Of a DNA stretch of 64,000 nt, positions 58,071 to 64,000 are shown piece by piece (within the stretch, counting starts at the first letter, position 1; each line of letters starts with the position of its first letter). The DNA comes from Oikopleura dioica (taxonomy: Eukaryota > Animalia > Chordata). The stretch is taken from contig OU015568.1 of the NCBI GenBank assembly GCA_907165135.1, positions 6,882,001 to 6,946,000 of the forward strand. The letters run 5' to 3'. The notes beneath the pieces were generated by a model. It was not told the DNA's origin and made no database searches. It saw nothing but the letters and a program-made list of their open reading frames with translations. The translations under genes and the position numbers were made by a program.

Positions 58071-60334
58071 TCCTCATTCAATTAAGCTTATCCTTCAGAT
58101 CAAGCTGTGACTCTTCTGCGAAAACTTCGTAAAACAAACTCTCGTTTCGTTTCTTTATTTTCAATACACGAAAGAGCGCTAAAACCTTAAAAATTGTGAG
58201 CAATTTCCGTGGCTCACCAATTTCAGGAAAGAGTATTTGCTATTGGGAAAAGGGGAAGAGCAAAAATTCTTTGCGTTTTCATAGAATTGCCGGGTGAATA
58301 TCCCATTCATAAGTCAATCAGGCTCAGAAACGCACCTGCCCGGGTGGTTAGACGGGTCCCTTCTCCATGCTAATAGGGTTTTGGGAGGTTACCAAGCACA
58401 ACTAAACGTGTGGTAGAGAACTTGAGCTTGATCTTGAAAATCAAAAAAACTTTAGGATGGAAAAAGCTCGATTAAAAAAGTCGTGTTTTACAATGTTTTT
58501 CATTTCCTGTTCAGAATTCTAAACCTTGGTTTTAAATTTGTTTTACTTCAAATTTTTAATTGCTTCAATGTTTATTTGCACTAATTTTGATTGATTAATT
58601 GAAAGCTCCAGCATTCCCAATGTCGATCAATCGGATCTCATTCCGGTAATCCACTTAATTGCCTGTCGTTTTTGTACACAGTATCATTCCTTAAGAAGCT
58701 TACAACCCTTTTTCAAAAACGTAGGCAACTTCCAATTGATCTTCATTATTGAGCAGGCCGCGTTTTACAGTAACCGCAGGGGCAAAAGAAGGGACGAAGT
58801 TATTTGTCCATCGCTTCTTCATACAAACCGCAAACCTGTTTTATTCATTCACTCATGTTGCTACTCGACTGTAGCCGAGTCCGACTGCATCAGTAGCTTA
58901 TTGCTAGCTCATCTCTTTTTTCTTTTGGGCCACGAAGAAGCTGTTCAACGTCTCTTTTGGACGCTTTTCAGAGATATTTTTTATCAAAAGAATGAAAATT
59001 ATTGAAAGAAGAATCATTCTCTTTGGCATCATAATTACAATCATCAACGGCGTAAACTCAAGGTAAGCATATCAGAGGATGATTAAATACCTTATATTTC
59101 CGAGTGGATCCAAGATTGTGGGTTTTTCTTTGAATATAGAGCCCTAAATTGTTCATTTTCAAGGGTTGATCGTAAGTTTTTGACCCGAAACTCATTATTC
59201 CAGTCGAAAATCTTCGAAGAAAACGTCTCTTTTTGACGTTACGACGTCGTAAAATGTTCGTTATGCAATAGAAAACAGTAGTACAACAAGTTTTGAGCAA
59301 GGTAGTTAATTCGCCAGGCTCGCGAAGATGATAAGCGATGTAGTCACAACCATGCATATCCCGGTTTGTGATCACTGATAACGATATCTGCTCAGAGCTC
59401 TCGCTTTATCCGTCAACAAACGCCACTTAGCGAGACACGCAAGAATCTTTGAACTTTTTCAATATTTCATTTTAGGATTTTTAATTACCCTGGCTTGGGA
59501 ATGTACAGTTAGTTTTGATTGAGAAGTCAAAACATGAGAAGAGATTAAAAAGGTGTACGACTGTAGATTTTTTAATCTGCACGTCAGTAAGTAAATGTAC
59601 AGAAAATGCAAAAGAAATGCTAATCGCTGGTGCTCAACTTATGGGTGGCGAAATGCAGATAAGTTACGAGTCGCTCCACTTGAAATTGTTGAAGTTGGTG
59701 GAGCCACCAGCGTAATAACTAATTAGCCGCCGGTAATAAGACGTTGCTTCCTTAGGTTTATCGCCAACACCTGCCAGTCTTTTCTTATCTGTCTTTTGCT
59801 GGACACTAATTTGATTATTTCGCGAACTTTTTGCTCTCCCGCGCGTGTCCAGTACATTCAAGCAGTTTTACTTTCTGTTACATAACGTTGTTTCCATAAT
59901 TCCTTATCTCGAAATTGCCTAAGTTCGATTCGCGCTGCGTGGCGACAGATTTATCTCCTGCCGGACACTTGGCGTTCAAACAACCGCCACGGTAAGCCAG
60001 CTCCGCCCATCACACACTACTAACATACACACATGAGCCAAGTCTCGGGCGCGCTTAGCCCGACTCCGGCACCAACGATCAGACTCTCTTTCATAACAAT
60101 TTGCGCAAGGGCGAAGGGCTTATTTCCGCCCGTTCAAGTTCCACGCCAGCTCGAGTCCGGAACGAATTGACGGCTGCTCTCGACGGAGAGCAAATTGCAC
60201 GGTGCCTAGCAAAATAACGCACGTACTGTGGATCGCGAATTGAAAGTTGGGATCGGTGATGATCGGGGATTTTGATGATGAGGGAGAAATTACCTTTGAC
60301 TTTGAAATACGTTTTTGGAAGTGCTAAAACGAAA

Positions 60335-60510
60335 AGACGCGCAGCGGCTTTTTTTGAAAAGAAGCCGCGGAGCGGCTTCGCAACATCTTCTTTTCAATCT
60401 AATCTAAAATTGAGGCAAAGTCGCTTCGCGGCTTTGTTTTAAAAAAGCCGCTACGCGGCTATTTGTTTGAGCTCTATCAGGACTTGACTCAGGTTTTCTG
60501 CACAGGTTCC
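60335..60510. mobile_element. MITE family A, left-truncated copy
   Basis: aagccgc cores and right arm cttgactcaggttttctgcacaggttcctcaccccag. Confidence 0.82.
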
Positions 60511-60988
60511 TCACCCCAGTATTTCAGTATTCTCTTCAATATTCTATGTATAAGTAGTGCTAAATTCAAGGACTCGGACACTTGAATCTTGCCGCTTCCT
60601 CTTGTCTGCTGATTCCTCCTTTTATAAAACTCAATGGGCGTTGTTTAATTTAACAAGCAGCATTGACTTTTTGAGCCTCGCATTATTCAGTACGTGTGTC
60701 CGGTTCACTTCATCAAGGCTCGACCAAAACCCAATTACGGGAAAGCAGCCTCGTTGGCGAAACTGTGGCCAGAGCGGGGCCAGATGCCCGAGCTGGTTTT
60801 GAGGCCACTGGGGTCGAGTAGAGCATTTATAGTCAGCAGAAAATTCGCGCCGCTGGAAGCTGCTTCCTAAGAAAAGAGGGCTATTTTGGGACCTTTCACT
60901 TATTTTGAATATTTGAGAGCTCTCCTCTTGATGGTGCTCTTCAAAGGTTTAAGTTGTTACTTCAGCGATATTAATTCAGTCGTATTCT

Positions 60989-61130
60989 GGGCTCGGCAAC
61001 CTGTGTAGAGAACCTGAGTCAGGCTTTGAACAACAAAAATGAAAAGCCGCGTAGCGGCTTTTTTAAAAAAGAAGCCTTGACTTGTTGTTCAAAGCCTGAC
61101 TCAGGTTTTCTACACAGGTTGCCGAACCCA
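60989..61130. mobile_element. MITE family A, short copy with intact ends
   Basis: tgggctcggcaacctgtgtagagaacctgagtcaggctttgaacaaca / tgttgttcaaagcctgactcaggttttctacacaggttgccgaaccca. Confidence 0.92.
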
Positions 61131-63925
61131 CGTCGTTTGGATAGCTAAATTGTTTCGTGAAAAAGGATGACAGGCATTTTTCTTGATAGTCGCATCTACA
61201 TAATATATATTGCTTAAATTGGATTAGCTCTAATTAAATGATTGTAGAATTTATTTATACTTATACTTTCTTTTCTAAGTGCGTTATTCTTTCATTCGTA
61301 AACTCGCTGACTTTCGAGTATGATAAAATAACTCGTGTGTGTATTTTGATTGTCGCTGTCGTCATCGGGCTTGTAGGGGAATCATTTTTTCGTTTTTGGA
61401 AAAACAGGCGGCGCTCGGTTTCGTGTTCTAAACGACATGTAGTCGCCCAAAACACGCGGTTCAATTCTAGGAAGGGCCCAAAGCAAGGCCCAGTTTTTAG
61501 AAGCAACCTCTCGCTAAATTGAGCATTTGATTAATTTCATACCCAAAAACAATCCAACAACACCTGTGAAACAAAAATAAAACACGATTCAAGCGTGTTA
61601 GAAACTCAAAAAAAGCATCATGAATCATGATCAAAATGACCTTCCCTGGAAAAAAGTGCCAAATCCGAAAAATGCTAATCGAAAATACTTTTTTGTTTAA
61701 GAATTATTCTAAAGTTTAGGGCTTCTCAGAGACTCAGGGAAAGTCTGAAAGTCGAATAAGTTTCTGAGAAACATCTGGCTCTAGAACCAGATGAGGTGGA
61801 AAATCAAGAGTTTGAGAGTCCCTCGAGTTTTTTTCTTGGCAACTTTTGAATTCGAAGTTCTGTTTTGTTTCGTGCTTGAGACGTGTCTTAGGATTGAACG
61901 ATCCTTATCACTTCTAACTACTTTTTCTTCCTTGAATTTTCGTCTCCTTTGGTGCCCAAGATGTCCTGACAAGGATAACATCTTTTCCTTCCTTGTTTTA
62001 CGCTGATACTGAGAAGAAACTAAAGCCATATCAAGTGCGGTTCTGTTGATAGCTCCTATCGCAAGTTCTAGTGGTGACATAACATCTCCTGGCGTCATTT
62101 CACACGTGCGAAATTTTCGCTTGTCCACTTTTAGGATACACGTTGTTGATAAAAAAGAAGCTTTGGCTTTGGGTTAAGCCTCTTTTGAGCAGAGAAAATG
62201 GGGAAGAGTCAAGAGGATTATCCGTTATCAATTCAAAATTTGAATTCTTCCAGAATCAACAGTCCAGAAGATGGCGCAGTTTTGTCGACCAATCAGATCA
62301 TTTCAAAGGCTTTTTTGACGACACAGCCTTTCTAGCCTTCTTATTGGTCGATTTAACGGTTCGACGAATCAAAAGAAGGCCGCTTTGTATTAAGTCTTTT
62401 GCTTACGTAAGAAACACGTGTCATCAAAGTACTATTACTTGAAACTTGAAAAAGCGTCAATTTGAAGTCGACTAAAACATCAAAAAGTTCACGGGTGAGT
62501 TTAAACAGGGCGTTAGAAGAAGAGTTGTTTTGATTGACTAATTGAATGAAGGGATTGCGGAGGGCGAAGGCGTCAGCTTCGTTAACCACTGGTCGGCGGT
62601 TAGTATTACTGAATTATGCGCAAGTGGGGGTTCATCGCGCTCCAAAACGTTCGATCGCGGCGACGCTTTCCAATCCAGCTTCAAACCCAAAGGCGCGCCC
62701 GCAACACAGTCGACTGAGGACGCTCAGCCGGATGGGATTTCGGCATTTTAAAACGTTCACAACCAAAGCTTTCATCCCGAAGAGGATATTAAATCAAACG
62801 TTTCATAAACTCATCCTTGGGGCTATTCTCCAAAAAGCTTCAAAAAAAAGCTCCAAAAAGATTTCCTTCAATGAATCTTCTCTAGAACAGAATTGTTTGT
62901 TTTACTTTCTTTAGGAAGTTTACTTTTTACAATCCCCTTTTATTTTATCAGTAAAAAGAAATCGACATTATTTTTAAAGTAAACAATTTTGTTCTAGAAA
63001 TTAATACTGCGCAAAATTTACAATTGAAAAGCGCCATCATGCGGAGAATTTTCTCGCAATATGATTGGTCGATGAAAATAGAGCCATCTAGCGTCCGAAT
63101 GGCTCTTATTTTTGATTGGGTTGCGGAAAATATTCAAAATGAAAATCTTAGCTAGCAATAATCATTTTTCTTGCGGTCTTCATAGCTCCCGGGACCTAAA
63201 CAAGATTTCGTGGGCAAGCCTTTGACCCAACTATCCCAGAGTGAACACCTCGAGTCGATCGCGTTGAAAAAGCCGCAGTCGCTTGAAACCGACCGTAACT
63301 ATTCATCATTTTGCGGGTTTTCGATCATAAGTGGACTATTGAAAAACGTGCACGGAAATCAACGAAGCAAAATTTTCTCTAAAATGAAGGGTTCTTTCTG
63401 AATAAATTGCTTCAAAGAGCATTTTCGCCTTACCCAGAGCGAGCACTGAAGGGTCCCTCGCTCAAATTGCCGAAAGAGGCGAACGTTTATGCCAAAAACA
63501 AAAATTATTCCATTCTCGTTCATCTGCGGATGTCGCCAGCTGCGCCCAATTGGATAAGCTTGCTCGAGCCTCACTAGAAATATTTGCATGCGGGGGCGAA
63601 ACGTGAAACTAATTTTTAAATACCCTCTGTTTGGTGAAAATATTTACCGAGTTAATGAAGTTATCTCGGCATTGAGTAATCAACTGCTCAAATCGTTGAT
63701 TCGTAGTTGAACCGAAATTCTAGTGCCCACAAGCCAATCAAAATAAGAGCAATTCATACGCTAGGTGGCTCTGTTTTGATTAACCAATCATATTGCAAGA
63801 AAATTCGTCGCTTGGTGGCGTTTTTTAAATATAATTTTTGGCGTTCTAGTGATTTCTTGAATAAAATTGTTTACTTTAAAAATAAAATTGATTTCTTTTT
63901 ACTGATAAAATAAAAGATGGCACTC

Positions 63926-63992
63926 GATGTACCGCATCTGCGGATGTACCGCATCGACGGATGTACCGCATCGGCGGATGTACCGCGCTTGC
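63926..63992. repeat. 17-bp minisatellite (gatgtaccgcatcNNcg) x~4
   Basis: gatgtaccgcatctgcg gatgtaccgcatcgacg gatgtaccgcatcggcg gatgtaccgc... Confidence 0.9.
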
Positions 63993-64000
63993 GGTAGGTC

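Noticed and set aside
66-61130. Palindromic repeats as CRISPR arrays, REP elements or bacterial terminators
   Set aside because: The context is eukaryotic and intron-rich, the copies are dispersed with no regular repeat-spacer periodicity, and there are no cas or tyrosine-transposase genes.
61781-62128. ORF with MSPLELAI resembling the DOCK DHR2 'SPLENAI' motif
   Set aside because: The match is too short and the flanking sequence shows no further DOCK-like pattern.
63926-63992. 17-bp repeats as a mini-CRISPR
   Set aside because: The units are contiguous, with no unique spacers.
1-64000. tRNA, 5S/rRNA, SL RNA genes and an autonomous transposase or reverse transcriptase
   Set aside because: None recognised by eye. 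Degenerate remnants (e.g. 58700-59900, 40650-40900) cannot be excluded without a profile search.

Overview
AT-rich eukaryotic genomic DNA with very short introns (about 35-65 nt), several GA-AG introns, splice acceptors a few bases before start codons and tightly packed genes. This combination matches the larvacean tunicate Oikopleura dioica (inferred, not proven). The window has two halves. Bases 1-35 kb are gene-dense: COX6C-like, CCDC59/Fyv7-like, CD36/SCARB, PLPBP, FAM3C-like, a ~2,000-aa low-complexity protein with a possible chromodomain, TAF1B, a RING-HC protein, a ZP-domain protein, COX6B, a membrane-anchored tyrosine-kinase-like protein, a polyproline/SEA mucin and a stand-alone ITIH C-terminal domain protein. 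Bases 35-64 kb are gene-poor and repeat-rich, and contain a POMK-like kinase gene with a 7.3-kb intron. About 20 copies of one palindromic MITE family and several other TIR elements are scattered throughout. The most interesting observation is a 165-bp TTAA-flanked (Kolobok-like) element apparently inserted into a TAF1B coding exon, which a GG-AG splice would remove exactly: a candidate transposon-born intron. All gene models were assembled by eye, so exon edges are provisional.
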